Origin: an uncultured Gammaproteobacteria bacterium
Lineage (GTDB): Bacteria; Pseudomonadota; Gammaproteobacteria; CAWCPV01
DNA length: 64,000 bases
Direction: 5' to 3'
Assembly (NCBI GenBank): GCA_963797555.1
Contig: CAWCPV010000002.1
Coordinates: 96,001-160,000 of the forward strand
A program made the translations under genes and the position numbers. The notes beneath the pieces were generated by a model that had not been told where the DNA came from, did not search any database, and saw nothing but the letters and a program-made list of their open reading frames with translations. Positions 21,315-30,694 of this stretch are shown piece by piece (the first letter of the stretch is position 1; the number at the start of each line of letters is the position of its first letter).

Positions 21315-21560
21315 TTGCGCTCCCGCGCTGATCGCCGTAGGAGGACGTGAACCCCGTTGAAGAGAGGGTTCCGGGGTGATCACGCCGTCGAGTCCGTCGC
21401 TAGTTACGCGGCTAAGGACCTGAAGGGGAGAAGCCCAGCGTGTGGGTCCACGGATGGCAGGTGGGATAACGGCGGACCACCGCGGGGCGAAGGGCCGCAA
21501 TTCCGCGATCCCAGCAGAAGGCGACGTAGCGGGGAAGGCGGGCCATGGCGGTTCACGTCG
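21315..21560 (+). mobile_element. Possible degenerate 5' fragment of a group II intron RNA
   Basis: Non-coding; GTGAACCCCGTTGAAG, GAAGCCCAGCG and ACCGCGGGGCGAAGGGCC resemble domain I-III motifs; no RT ORF or domain V. Confidence 0.3.
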
Positions 21561-21595
21561 TGAAGTGACTGCACGAAGGATGGCCCACCAAATAC

Positions 21596-21623
21596 CGTGT
21601 CTGACCCTGTGTCTGACCCCATT
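21596..21623. repeat. REP-like tandem motif GTGTCTGACCC x2
   Basis: GTGTCTGACCCCATT (21609-21623) is the exact reverse complement of 25824-25838. Confidence 0.7.
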
Positions 21624-21719
21624 TCACCGTCGCTGCGGCGCGCTCCGCTCCGCCGAGCTGGCTGGCGGCAGGCATAGAGCCGCGTCCGAGGGCGCTTGCG
21701 CCGCGGTGCCAGTCGCCAT

Positions 21720-21890
21720 CGCCGTCACCTGCGCCCGCCAGGGGACGTTCGGCGCCAGCACCCCGTATTAGCGATGGCGGTGAACCCGCGGCGGTGGGAT
21801 GAGGGCCGCCAGCCGGTCCAGGAGCTCGAGCGCCGTGAGGCGGAGCTGCGTTTTCCCATCGGGCAGGGCTTTGGGCAAGCGGTAGACCAG
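21720..21890 (-). pseudogene. IS91-family (rolling-circle) transposase C-terminal remnant
   Basis: Minus-strand translation LVYRLPKALPDGKTQLRLTALELLDRLAALIPPPRVHRHR*YGVLAPN, with an internal stop. Confidence 0.75.
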
Positions 21891-22302
21891 GGCCTGTCGC
21901 TACTTCTTCTGATTTCTTAGAACGAATACTCCAAACCGGCAGTGACTCCGTGGAAAAACACACTGGAGCCGCTATTGACGCCAAGCGCGGTCACAGTAGA
22001 TGGAGCAGTCGTATAAGTTTCCTGGATTTGTCCGGCCGCCAAAGCAACGCCATCGAGCCAGAGCGCTTCGTAACCGACCTTTAGCGCAAGGCTCTTGAGA
22101 ACTTGATATTTGCACTGCAAGCCGGCTTCGCCAACGAAGGCGGCGTGGCCTGTCGAGGCGTTCGATGGTCTGACGACCTTAAAGATGCTGACCCCGGTTG
22201 ACTCTTCGGCATTGTTGTAATACCCCCCGACCTTTACCAGTCCGCCAAGCGAAAAGCGGCCACGCTTGTCTAACGTCAATTACTCTGTCCGGTTGACGAC
22301 AA

Positions 22303-23106
22303 CTAGAATGGCCGCTCTGTAGTGTAGGCGGTAGTTGTCGTCAGCTCTTGTTCGATACCTCCTGGTTGCGGGTTGCTTGGCGCTTTCGGTAGCTCTGCCC
22401 GTTGAGGCTCGATGATGTGGGCATGGTGGACGAGCCGGTCGATGGCGGCGACGGCCATCATGTTGTCGGGGAAGATCGCATCCCACTCGCTGAAGGGGTG
22501 GTTGCTGGTGATCAGGAGACTGCCGCTCTCGTAGCGGTGGGCGATGAGCTCGAAGAGCACGGAGCTTTCCATCTCGGTGCGCTTGACGTAGCCGATGTCA
22601 TCGAGGACGAGCAGCGGGTACTTGTCGAGCTTGGCGAGCGCATCGCTGAGCCTGAGGGCCTGTTTGGCGGTTTGAAGCTCCTGGACGAGGCTGGTTGCCG
22701 AGGCGAAACGCACCCGCACCCCTTGGCTGATGAGCCCGTGCCCAATGGCTGCGGCGAGATGGGTTTTGCCGACGCCGGAGGGCCCGAAGAGCAGGAGGTT
22801 GTCGGTGCGCTCGACCCAGGTGGCATCCTCGGCGAGCTGCACGATCTGCTGGCGGTTCAGCCCGGCGCTGGCCGTGAAGTCGAAGTGCTGGAGCGTCTTG
22901 CCCGCGGGCAGGCGGGCATCGTTGAGGTGGCGCTCCAGGCGCCGCCGCTCGCGTTCGGCGAGCTCGTGCTCGCAGAGCGCGGCGAGATAGTCGGCGAGGC
23001 TCCAGTGGTGCTCGAGGGCCCGGGTTTGCAGCGGTTGATACAGCCGTGCCATGGTCGGCAGGCGCAGCTCCCTGAGCAGCAGGGGCAAGGTGGCGGCGTT
23101 AGCCAT
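22303..23106 (-). CDS. istB: IS21 helper ATPase IstB (1-bp insertion near 22408; true end uncertain)
   Basis: GPSGVGKT Walker A, LVLDDIGY Walker B, AAIDRLVHH; conserved ELNGQSYR restored by removing one C. Confidence 0.9.
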   Translation of the reverse strand: MANAATLPLLLRELRLPTMARLYQPLQTRALEHHWSLADYLAALCEHELAERERRRLERHLNDARLPAGKTLQHFDFTASAGLNRQQIVQLAEDATWVERTDNLLLFGPSGVGKTHLAAAIGHGLISQGVRVRFASATSLVQELQTAKQALRLSDALAKLDKYPLLVLDDIGYVKRTEMESSVLFELIAHRYESGSLLITSNHPFSEWDAIFPDNMMAVAAIDRLVHHAHIIEPQRAELPKAPSNPQPGGIEQELTTTTAYTTERPF

Positions 23107-24595
23107 GGCACACCTCCTCGGCGGCACTGCGGTGGGTGGCGGGCAGGAGCGCGTCATAGTCGGCCAGCGGGTGCTGAGCAGTGGCGCCGAGAGGGAGCGT
23201 CGCGGGGGCTGGCGGTGCGAAGCGTTGTTGCAGGGCGCTGAGCGTGGGCGATAGGCCTCGCTCCAGGGCGGCCAGCCAGTGGGTCCCCAGGGCCTCCTGG
23301 CACTCGTGCTCGGCGGCGAGCTTGAGTGCGCCGACCATGCGCTTGCAGGCGTCGGCGGGCGCAAGGGTAGCGTCCAGATGCTGCCAGATACGCTGATAGG
23401 TGGCATCCGGAAGCAGGGCGTCGCGGTACTGGAGCCGATAGAAGGCGCGGGGCTTCTTCACCAGCCATCCCACGAGATGGCGATAGTCGATGCGGCTCGC
23501 CCGGCGCTTGCCCGGGGCCGGGTAGACCCGCGGGAGGATGAGCAGGGCCTCGGTGCCGAGGAACAGCTCCAGGCGGGCGTCATAGAGGTGCACCCGCAGG
23601 CGCTCGCCGATGAGCCGCGCGGGGACCGAGTAGACCACCAAGCGCACGGTGATGGTGCTGGCGGTGGTGACCTTCACCCACAGCTCGGTGTAGTCGGCCG
23701 CGAAGGTCACCGGCAGGGGCCGCAGATGGGGGCGCTCGGCCTCGATGGCGGTGGCGTTACGCCGGTTGACGGCGGCGGTGACGGTGTCGAGAAAGTCCTG
23801 GTAGGACGCCACCGAGGGGAACTCGGCACTGCCCCGGGCCAGAAGGCGCTGCACGATACGGCGCTTCAAATGCCCGTGGGGTGACTCGATGCTGCCGTTC
23901 TCGTGGCAGGCCCCGGGGTTGTTGCGCGTCGGCCTCATCCCATAATGGGCGCAGAGCGCCGCGTAGCGCGCCGCAAGGTCGTGCTGGGCCTCAGCCGAGA
24001 GGTTCTTGAACGCCGCCGAGAGGCTGTCAGTGCGGTGCTCGGCCGGTGCACCGCCCAGGCGCAGCAGCGCCTGGCTGAGCCCCTCGGCGAGCGCCGTGAA
24101 GCTCTCCCCGCCCAGCACCACCCGCACCGTGCACCAGCCGCTGTAGGCCAGGCGGAAATGGTAGAGGCGGTGGGCGAGCGGCTCGCCGGCGATGGTGACG
24201 GTGACGTCCTTGAGCACGGTGAAATCCGACAAACCCCGCAGTCCCGGGACCTGCTGCTGTGGGAACATCACCTCCTTCTCGGGTCCATGCGCCGCCCGCC
24301 AGGCCTTCACCCGGCGCTGCAAGGTGCGCAATAGCTTGTCCGGGTACTGGCCCGGATGGCGCTCCTGGAGCCCTTCCAAGAGCGTCAGCGCGTGCAGTGC
24401 CGGGGTGTGCTCAAGCAGTGGGACCAGCTCGCTGTCCCACACGGTGTCAAAGGGGTCGCGGCGCGTTCGATACCGCCGCGCGCCCCGCGGTGCTCGACGC
24501 TCGTCCCGCTCGTCAAGACGGCGCGCCGTGCGCTCCGAGAAACCCGCCTTGGCGGCGGCGGTTACTTGGTTCTTACCTGCGGTTCTCTGTGACAT
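23099..24595 (-). CDS. istA: IS21 transposase IstA
   Basis: LRTLQRRV, GLSDFT, HRTDSLSAA, HENGSIESPHGHLK. Confidence 0.92.
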   Translation of the reverse strand: MSQRTAGKNQVTAAAKAGFSERTARRLDERDERRAPRGARRYRTRRDPFDTVWDSELVPLLEHTPALHALTLLEGLQERHPGQYPDKLLRTLQRRVKAWRAAHGPEKEVMFPQQQVPGLRGLSDFTVLKDVTVTIAGEPLAHRLYHFRLAYSGWCTVRVVLGGESFTALAEGLSQALLRLGGAPAEHRTDSLSAAFKNLSAEAQHDLAARYAALCAHYGMRPTRNNPGACHENGSIESPHGHLKRRIVQRLLARGSAEFPSVASYQDFLDTVTAAVNRRNATAIEAERPHLRPLPVTFAADYTELWVKVTTASTITVRLVVYSVPARLIGERLRVHLYDARLELFLGTEALLILPRVYPAPGKRRASRIDYRHLVGWLVKKPRAFYRLQYRDALLPDATYQRIWQHLDATLAPADACKRMVGALKLAAEHECQEALGTHWLAALERGLSPTLSALQQRFAPPAPATLPLGATAQHPLADYDALLPATHRSAAEEVCHG

Positions 24596-25823
24596 ATAGA
24601 CCTTGACCTTTGCGGTGTGACGGCCATCCCTCCCCCCGAAGCATCGGATGTCAGAACGCCGCCAGTGTGGCCGATCAACCGGACAAAGTAGTTGTCGCCA
24701 ACCGGTCAACGTAATTGTCGCTCTATACACGCTCGAATATCTTCCCATCCACACCGATCTGGAGACCGTAAAGATTGTTCGTCGTACTTGCATTCCAGAA
24801 GGGGGGGAATGCTCCCGTGGCTGGTATACCCTGATTTTCAATCTGTGCGACCTGAAGAAGATTGAGACTTGGAGTAAGCTTCCATGAAGGCTGAAAGCGA
24901 TCTGGGGGTGGCAATGTACCCTGAAGATTTTCAGTCAGTCGGAACCAGCGGAATCCGGCGAGGATGGATATCCGGTCAGAGAGATGCCGCCGCACGTTGA
25001 ACTCGGCGTTATAGATCTCCGTTTCGTAGTCCCATGCCATTGACTGGTATGAAAAATCTTGAGTTTGATAAAAGCTGCCGGGAGCCCTCATCACTAGCCA
25101 GTTGGGTGGATTGTCGAGCCCAATGGCTTTGGTGGCGTCCCAGTTGATATGAAAAAACGATAATTCAAAATCGTAGCCGCAATCGCCATGGTACGTTAAG
25201 CCTACTTTCGGCCCGGCGGAAAAGTCTTGAAAATCGTTGCTGTTGAGAGCTGGAGTGCCGGGGGTGGTTGGCACGTTGGAAAATGACACGGCACCCGGCA
25301 CACGTTCGACGAGCGTTCGACTTACGCCGCCGACTCGCTCCAGGATGATCGACTCGGCCGAGATCGTCCATCGCGGAGGACGACTCGGCTGAGAGGAATC
25401 GGCATCGTTGCGGCCGGCGTCCCGCGACCGGCTAACCGGCGTCCAGGAAAACGACGGAAGCGAATTTTCACTGTTGGCGTTGGCGACCAGGTGATTGGGT
25501 GTCGTGATTCCCGTCGAGTCATAGCGGAAATACCCGCCATCCGGTGTGCTGTCGCCGGACCCGATGAGCTGATTGGATTGTGCCGCCCCGGCTATGCCTG
25601 GTGCGGACAGGGCTATAATCACGAGCAATGCGGCCAGAGTGAGTTGTTTCATTCTTCTTATTGTAAAGACCCCCCGCGAGATGACCTGGAAGGGTTTAAG
25701 TCCCTTCTTCCTGGAAACTGCAACTATCAGTGGTTTTGCCTAAGGATAGGAAATCCAATGGCTCTAGACAGTGAGGAGTGTGGGGTCGGGGCGCGCAGCG
25801 GTCAAGGCGCGGGGCGAGAGGAC

Positions 25824-25864
25824 AATGGGGTCAGACACGGGTCTGACCCTGGGTCTGACCCGAT
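25824..25864. repeat. REP-like hairpin GGGTCAGAC-ACGG-GTCTGACCC with an extra tandem arm
   Basis: AATGGGGTCAGACACGGGTCTGACCCTGGGTCTGACCCGATT, 70 bp from the RAYT unit. Confidence 0.7.
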
Positions 25865-25934
25865 TCCACTTCGCGCCAAGGGCCGCGATGCAAGGCTGGG
25901 TGTCGCGTGCAGGGCGCGGAACGAACGCCCACGA

Positions 25935-26752
25935 TTAAAGGGGCCAGGCTCGAATATCCTGCTGCACAAAGTGGATTCATACCGCCAGCTCTCTCTGGCC
26001 TGGGTCATGCGCGGCGGAGTCGTCTCGCCTGGCACGCGGCCTGCCTCGCGGCTTCGGTTCCCGCCGATGGCCGGTCGCTGCCTCAATGTTGGCATAAAAC
26101 CGTGCATTGCCCAAAGGCTGATTCTGATTGAGCGCCAGCCGTAGGTCGTTGACCGCTTCTTGGTCCAGTTGCGCCCGGAACAGACCCCGGTAGGCAGCCT
26201 GCCTTTCCTTCGCCTCCCTGCCCAGCGACAGATACAGAGGATGGGGGGTAAGGCAAGGGTTGACCTGCCCCAGGGCGTTGTGACGGTAGCTCGTCCAGCG
26301 GTATTGCGCAGGATCATCCACCATGGCCGCCCGTACGGGGTTGAGCTCAATGTATCGCTGGCAGGCAAGCAAGTAGGTTTCGGCTTGGATCAGCGAGGAT
26401 TTGTAACGGCTATCCCACAAGGTGCCGGTCCGGCGGTAGGTGGTGTTGTATACTGCACGTGGCGCCGCCCCAAGGCAATGATTAGCCGGGGAACCGCTTG
26501 GGCATGTTCCGGCGTCAGAAGCAGGTGGACGTGGTTGGTCATCAACGCGTAGGCGTGAAGCGCGCATTGCTCTTTCTTCAACGCTTCGCCCAACCAGTGG
26601 AGGTATGCCTGATAATCTTCTTCGCCAAAGAAGCACGGTTGGCGGTTGTGCCCGCGTTGCACGATGTGCAGCGGTACACCATCAAGATGCATGCGGGGCG
26701 GCGGGGCATTGGAACTATCATAGCAAATATAATTCGACCCTGGCCCCTTTAA
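25935..26752 (-). mobile_element. RAYT/TnpA-REP (HUH Y1) unit bounded by inverted repeats; gene 25977-26709 with two 1-bp frameshifts
   Basis: HIVQRGHNR, LMTNHVHLL (HUH), GTLWDSRYKS, RYIELNPVRA (catalytic Tyr), YRWTS; ends TTAAAGGGCCAGGCTCGAAT / ATTCGACCCTGGCCCCTTTAA. Confidence 0.85.
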
Positions 26753-26805
26753 CTGGGGGTTAAACACCCCCGGCTACCCGATTAGTCTGCTCAGACTTCG
26801 GTCTC

Positions 26806-27174
26806 TTACTCGCACAAGGAGCGTTCGATCTGCGAAGGAACGGAGACGATGATCTCCGCCTTGCCTCTATAGATCGCGATTGCTCCCGTTACACAGATCC
26901 GCGTTCCCTGAAGCGACTCGGGCGGATACGAGAAAGCTGTTCGAGAGGTGCCCCAGATGACCGTCGTAAAGACCTCGTTCGGATACGGTGTCCCCAGATT
27001 CAAGAAGGTCGGTTCGCCACGAGCCCGAGCCGCGTACTTCGTGCTCGCGACGAGACCGCAGACCCGGGCCTGCTCGCCGACATGATCGAGCGCCTCACCT
27101 GGGGAAAAAGCATCGGCGGCGAACGCCGTCGCCGTGAGAACGACCCCGAGAATAAGAACGGCGATGTGATCCAA
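26806..27174 (-). CDS. Exported OB-fold protein (cassette-borne)
   Basis: Signal peptide; VGEQARVCGLV, PTFLNLGTPYPN, ICVTGAIAIYRGKAEI; starts 21 bp after an attC. Confidence 0.65.
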   Translation of the reverse strand: MDHIAVLILGVVLTATAFAADAFSPGEALDHVGEQARVCGLVASTKYAARARGEPTFLNLGTPYPNEVFTTVIWGTSRTAFSYPPESLQGTRICVTGAIAIYRGKAEIIVSVPSQIERSLCE

Positions 27175-27194
27175 CTTGCGCTGATCCTCGGTCC

Positions 27195-27282
27195 GCCTAC
27201 CCTTAAGTTAACCGGCGCTACGAGAGGAAACTCATGATGAGCGCGGCGCTTCATGGGGTCCTGGTTCAACGAGATGTTAGCC
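27195..27282 (-). mobile_element. Integron attC site (88 bp)
   Basis: GGCTAAC-ATCTC-GTTGAACC ... GGTTAACT-TAAGG-GTAGGC; R'' overlaps the GIY-YIG stop codon; R' is imperfect. Confidence 0.75.
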
Positions 27283-27582
27283 AAGCGCCTTGGGCTTTGC
27301 AGCCAGATTGCGTGGACTGTAGCCTCCGCCTCGAACGTTGTCCCATCCATAGATTTTCATCAGTTCCAATGTGACTTGGGTTTCAATTTCCAGCGCAGCT
27401 CGCCAACTAAATGCATTAGTCTTTATTATTTTAATAACCTCAATCGGAGGGTATCTTCTTGTCCACTCCGACCCCTTGCCATTGAAGTGTTCTTTGATGC
27501 GCTCCTCAGGGTACATTGACTGCCCAACATAGAACTTCCCTGCTTCCAGACGAAGCACATAGACAGATATAGGCTTCTTCAT
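27277..27582 (-). CDS. GIY-YIG nuclease-family protein
   Basis: VYVLRLEAGKFYVGQS, R..EHF, conserved Glu, NVRGG; visibly AT-rich. Confidence 0.85.
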   Translation of the reverse strand: MKKPISVYVLRLEAGKFYVGQSMYPEERIKEHFNGKGSEWTRRYPPIEVIKIIKTNAFSWRAALEIETQVTLELMKIYGWDNVRGGGYSPRNLAAKPKALG

Positions 27583-28388
27583 ATGATATACGATCGCGTT
27601 CGTGCTGGTTGGGCGCCCTTCGACACGTAATATGTTCGTCCTTCATCAGAAAACTGAAAGGAAACTGCCTTTGTTCTAAAGATAGAACACGTCCAGAGTT
27701 CCGCTGAGTCTAGATCGAACAACGCCACATTAAATCCGTCGCCCAGCTTGCTCTTGTAAACTACGCCGTCCAAGCCTTCGCGACGGAACCTTTCTGAAAT
27801 AATTTGGGTTGGAACGTACTCGGACGTGCTGGGGTCGTCCGTCACAGGCTCAGAAAAGCTCCTGTCCACTTGTGCCCATATTTCTTTGTCAACTTCATCG
27901 TCGTTTAACTCTCCGAAAAACACGGCGATTTTGGGATCAGCGTTGCCTCCAGCAGAAAAGTCGACTACCTGCAGCTCTTTTGTGGTTCCGAAGTGGCCAA
28001 GCGACAACTGCGCCCCCATCCAGGGACGTACCTCAGCCATCGCGGTTTCTCTGTCTGTTGCAAGATATAGAAAGGGAATGCCTTTGGGATTGGCGCGCCC
28101 TTCGTGCGCGGCGTAAGGGCGCGGCTTCATTCTTACTGGCGAGTATGGAACCTCCTCCTCAAGGACGATAGATGAGTCTGTCTCATCTATCTGGCGCTCT
28201 TCATAATCAGTTCCAAGTTGAGCCCTGTAGAGTGGAAAGCCCGCTGGAATAGTCCTGACCCGGTCGGCACTTGTTTTTGCCAAGACGCGGAGAAACTCTT
28301 CTGCTTCCGGCGCATGCCCGAATCGAAACTTTGTCCTCACTGACTCGCGGAACCTCATGTATGCAAAGCCGGACTCAAACTCACTCAT
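27579..28388 (-). CDS. RES-domain protein
   Basis: LYRAQ, GRANPKGIPFLYLA, TAMAEVRP, YVPTQ, DGVVYKS, NVALF; preceded by GTTAGGC core site. Confidence 0.88.
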   Translation of the reverse strand: MSEFESGFAYMRFRESVRTKFRFGHAPEAEEFLRVLAKTSADRVRTIPAGFPLYRAQLGTDYEERQIDETDSSIVLEEEVPYSPVRMKPRPYAAHEGRANPKGIPFLYLATDRETAMAEVRPWMGAQLSLGHFGTTKELQVVDFSAGGNADPKIAVFFGELNDDEVDKEIWAQVDRSFSEPVTDDPSTSEYVPTQIISERFRREGLDGVVYKSKLGDGFNVALFDLDSAELWTCSIFRTKAVSFQFSDEGRTYYVSKGAQPARTRSYII

Positions 28389-28406
28389 GTGCGATTGTCC
28401 ATCTGC

Positions 28407-28424
28407 GCCTAACAGTTAGTGGAC
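28407..28424 (-). other. Cassette core site GTTAGGC in an attI-like or collapsed-attC context
   Basis: Minus strand GTCCACTAACTGTTAGGC, 19 bp before the RES ATG. Confidence 0.5.
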
Positions 28425-28438
28425 TTTAAAGTGGCGAG

Positions 28439-28827
28439 TTAAAGGGGCCAGGCTCGAATATCCTGCTGCACAAAGTGGATTCATACCGCCAGTTCTCCCT
28501 GGCCTGGGTCATGCGAGGCGGAGTCGTCTCGCCTGGCACGTGGCCTGCCTCGCGGCTTCGGCTCCCGCCGTTGGCCCATCGCTGCCTCAATCTTGGTATA
28601 AAACCGTGCATTGCCCAAAGGTTGATTCTGTGGTCCACTTGCGCCGGGAACAGACCCCGGTAGACGACCTGCCTTTCCTTCGCATCCCTGCCCAGCGACA
28701 GATATAGAGGATGGGGTGTGAGGCATGCGGTTGTGCCCGCGTTGGACGATGTGCAGCAATACGCCATCAAGAGGGATGCGGGGCGGCGGGGCATGGAAGC
28801 AAAATAATTCGACCCTGGCCTCTTTAA
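28439..28827 (-). mobile_element. Internally deleted, non-autonomous copy of the RAYT unit
   Basis: Same ends (TTAAAGGGGCCAGGCTCGAAT / ATTCGACCCTGGCCTCTTTAA) and colinear homology to 25935-26752; the HUH/Tyr core is missing. Confidence 0.88.
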
Positions 28828-28918
28828 CCCGTTGTATCGAGGATCCTTCCAATGCTCGGCGTAGAACTTCATGGCGACGAAGGACAATGGGGCGAGCGGG
28901 TGGCATGCTGTTCAAGAG

Positions 28919-28978
28919 GCCTACCGCCTGAATTAAGCGGCGCGCGGGACGCGCGTCCGCTTGGATGAGTAGTTAGGC
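28919..28978 (-). mobile_element. Integron attC site (60 bp)
   Basis: GCCTAAC-TACTC-ATCCAAGC-GGACGCGCG..CGCGCGCC-GCTTAATT-CAGGC-GGTAGGC; classic 59-base-element geometry, 17 bp after the DUF1801 stop. Confidence 0.85.
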
Positions 28979-28995
28979 AGCATACCGTACCCGCC

Positions 28996-29481
28996 TCAGC
29001 TAACCGCTTTCTTCACGAGCGTGCCGATCCTTGCCTCTTCGGCGGCGGTCAACTCCTTCAGCGCGAAGGCGGTCGGCCACATGGCGCCTTCATCGAGGTT
29101 CGCCTTGTCGCTGAAGCCGAACGTTGCGTATCTCGATTTGAATTTCTGCGCGCTTTGGAAGAAGCAGACGACATTCCCGTGCTTGGCATACGCGGGCATC
29201 CCGTACCAGGTTCTCGGCGAGAGGGCTGGCGCGCTGGCTTTGATGATGGCATGTAGCCGCTCGGCCATGGCGCGATCCGGTTCCGGCATCTCGGCGATCT
29301 TCGCGAGCACGTCGCTTTCCCCGTCCGTCTTGCCCGCGCGCGGGCCGCGGCGCGCGGCCGCGTTCAGCTCTTGGGCGCGCTCCCTCATCGCGGCTCGTTC
29401 CTCGTCCGTGAATCCCTTGAGCTTCTTGTTGATCGCAGTGGTGCTCTTGACGGATTTTTGCGTGTCCTTCTTTGGACTCAT
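28996..29481 (-). CDS. DUF1801 (YdhG-like) protein, cassette-borne
   Basis: [39 protein letters not shown]. Confidence 0.85.
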   Translation of the reverse strand: MSPKKDTQKSVKSTTAINKKLKGFTDEERAAMRERAQELNAAARRGPRAGKTDGESDVLAKIAEMPEPDRAMAERLHAIIKASAPALSPRTWYGMPAYAKHGNVVCFFQSAQKFKSRYATFGFSDKANLDEGAMWPTAFALKELTAAEEARIGTLVKKAVS

Positions 29482-29571
29482 AGAAATCACCTCACACTGA
29501 CCTGAGTTGGACGCCTCGCCGCAATTCGAGCTGCTGACCCGCGCTATTCCACCATACGCCGCCTAAACATA

Positions 29572-30673
29572 CTAAGTCCATTTTAAGTAAAGCCATATGT
29601 TGGTACAATGGGGGCATGAAATGCAAGCGCGAATCGGACGGGCGCAAGCTCGATCATAGGAGCCTGCAGGTGCTGCGCCAGCAAGCCGTGAAAGCGGTGC
29701 GTCACGGACAGACGGTACAGAGCGTAGCGCAGGCCTTCGGGTTGAACATTCGCACCGTGTTTCGCTGGCTCTCGGCATTTGCCTCGGGGGGACAGAACGC
29801 GCTGTTGGCCAAGCCGATCCCGGGCCGCCCGCCGCTGCTTGGCGCCGAGGAGATGCGCTGGCTGGCGGGGGCGGTGCGCGAGCACACGCCGCAGCAGTTC
29901 CGATTCGAGTTTGCGCTGTGGACCCTGCCGCTCATCGGCAGGTTGATCGAGCGGCGGTTCAACAAGCGCCTTTCGGACTCCGCCGTCAGGCGGGTGATGC
30001 GGGTGCTGGGATTCACTGCCCAGAAGCCGCTCTACCGTGCCTGGCAGCGCGATCCGGTGCTGGTCGAGCGCTGGCAGAAAGAGCAATTTCCCGCCATCCA
30101 GGCCGAGGCCAAGCGCGTGGGGGCGACCATCTACTTTGGGGATGAGTCGGGGATGCGCTCCGACTACCACGCCGGCACCACTTGGGCGCCGATGGGCAAG
30201 ACCCCGGTGGTCGCGGTGACCGGGGCGCGGTTCTCGCTCGCCATGCTCTCGGCGGTGAGCGCCCGCGGGGGCTTGCGCTTCATGGTGCACGAGGGGACGG
30301 TGACCGCCGCGGTGTTCAAGGAATTCCTCAAGCGCCTGCTGGTGGGCGCCACCCGGCCGGTCTTCCTCATCGTCGATGGCCATCCCATCCACAAGGCACG
30401 ATTGATCCAGGACTTCATCGGCGAACAGAACGGGCGCCTTAAGCTGTTCTTCCTCCCCCCGTACTCGCCCCAACTCAATCCCGACGAACAGGTTTGGGGG
30501 CATGTGAAAGCCCGCGTCGCCAAGCGCCGGGTGGAAAGCAAAGAGGATCTCAAGAGCAAACTCCTCGGTGCTTTGCGCCGGCTCCAGAAGCTGCCAGAAA
30601 TCGTCAAAGGCTTTTTCATGCATCCGCATTGCTGCTACGCTGTCTGATATGGCCTTACTTAAGAAAGGATTAG
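29572..30673 (+). mobile_element. IS630-family insertion sequence (second type)
   Basis: Imperfect ~25-bp IRs (CTAAGTCCATTTTAAGTAAAGCCAT vs CTAATCCTTTCTTAAGTAAGGCCAT) with TA duplication at 29570-29571 and 30674-30675. Confidence 0.9.
29616..30647 (+). CDS. IS630-family transposase
   Basis: HTH; FGDESG, IVDGHPIHKA, LPPYSPQLNPDEQVW. Confidence 0.93.
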   Translation: MKCKRESDGRKLDHRSLQVLRQQAVKAVRHGQTVQSVAQAFGLNIRTVFRWLSAFASGGQNALLAKPIPGRPPLLGAEEMRWLAGAVREHTPQQFRFEFALWTLPLIGRLIERRFNKRLSDSAVRRVMRVLGFTAQKPLYRAWQRDPVLVERWQKEQFPAIQAEAKRVGATIYFGDESGMRSDYHAGTTWAPMGKTPVVAVTGARFSLAMLSAVSARGGLRFMVHEGTVTAAVFKEFLKRLLVGATRPVFLIVDGHPIHKARLIQDFIGEQNGRLKLFFLPPYSPQLNPDEQVWGHVKARVAKRRVESKEDLKSKLLGALRRLQKLPEIVKGFFMHPHCCYAV

Positions 30674-30694
30674 TATATGCGCGACTATCGTGTT

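Larger units (their letters stand above)
22267..24729 (-). mobile_element. IS21-family insertion sequence
   Basis: TG...CA ends with long imperfect IRs containing repeated CCGGTTG(A/G)CGACAACTA boxes; CGCT target duplication (22263-22266, 24730-24733). Confidence 0.9.
21917..25652 (-). pseudogene. Outer-membrane beta-barrel protein (BBP7/Lpg1974-like) split by IS21
   Basis: Signal peptide; AGFRWFRLTE, NNLYGLQIG, VGYEALWLDGVALA, C-terminal GLEYSF. IS removal restores ...KIFERGRFSLGG... in frame. Confidence 0.8.
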
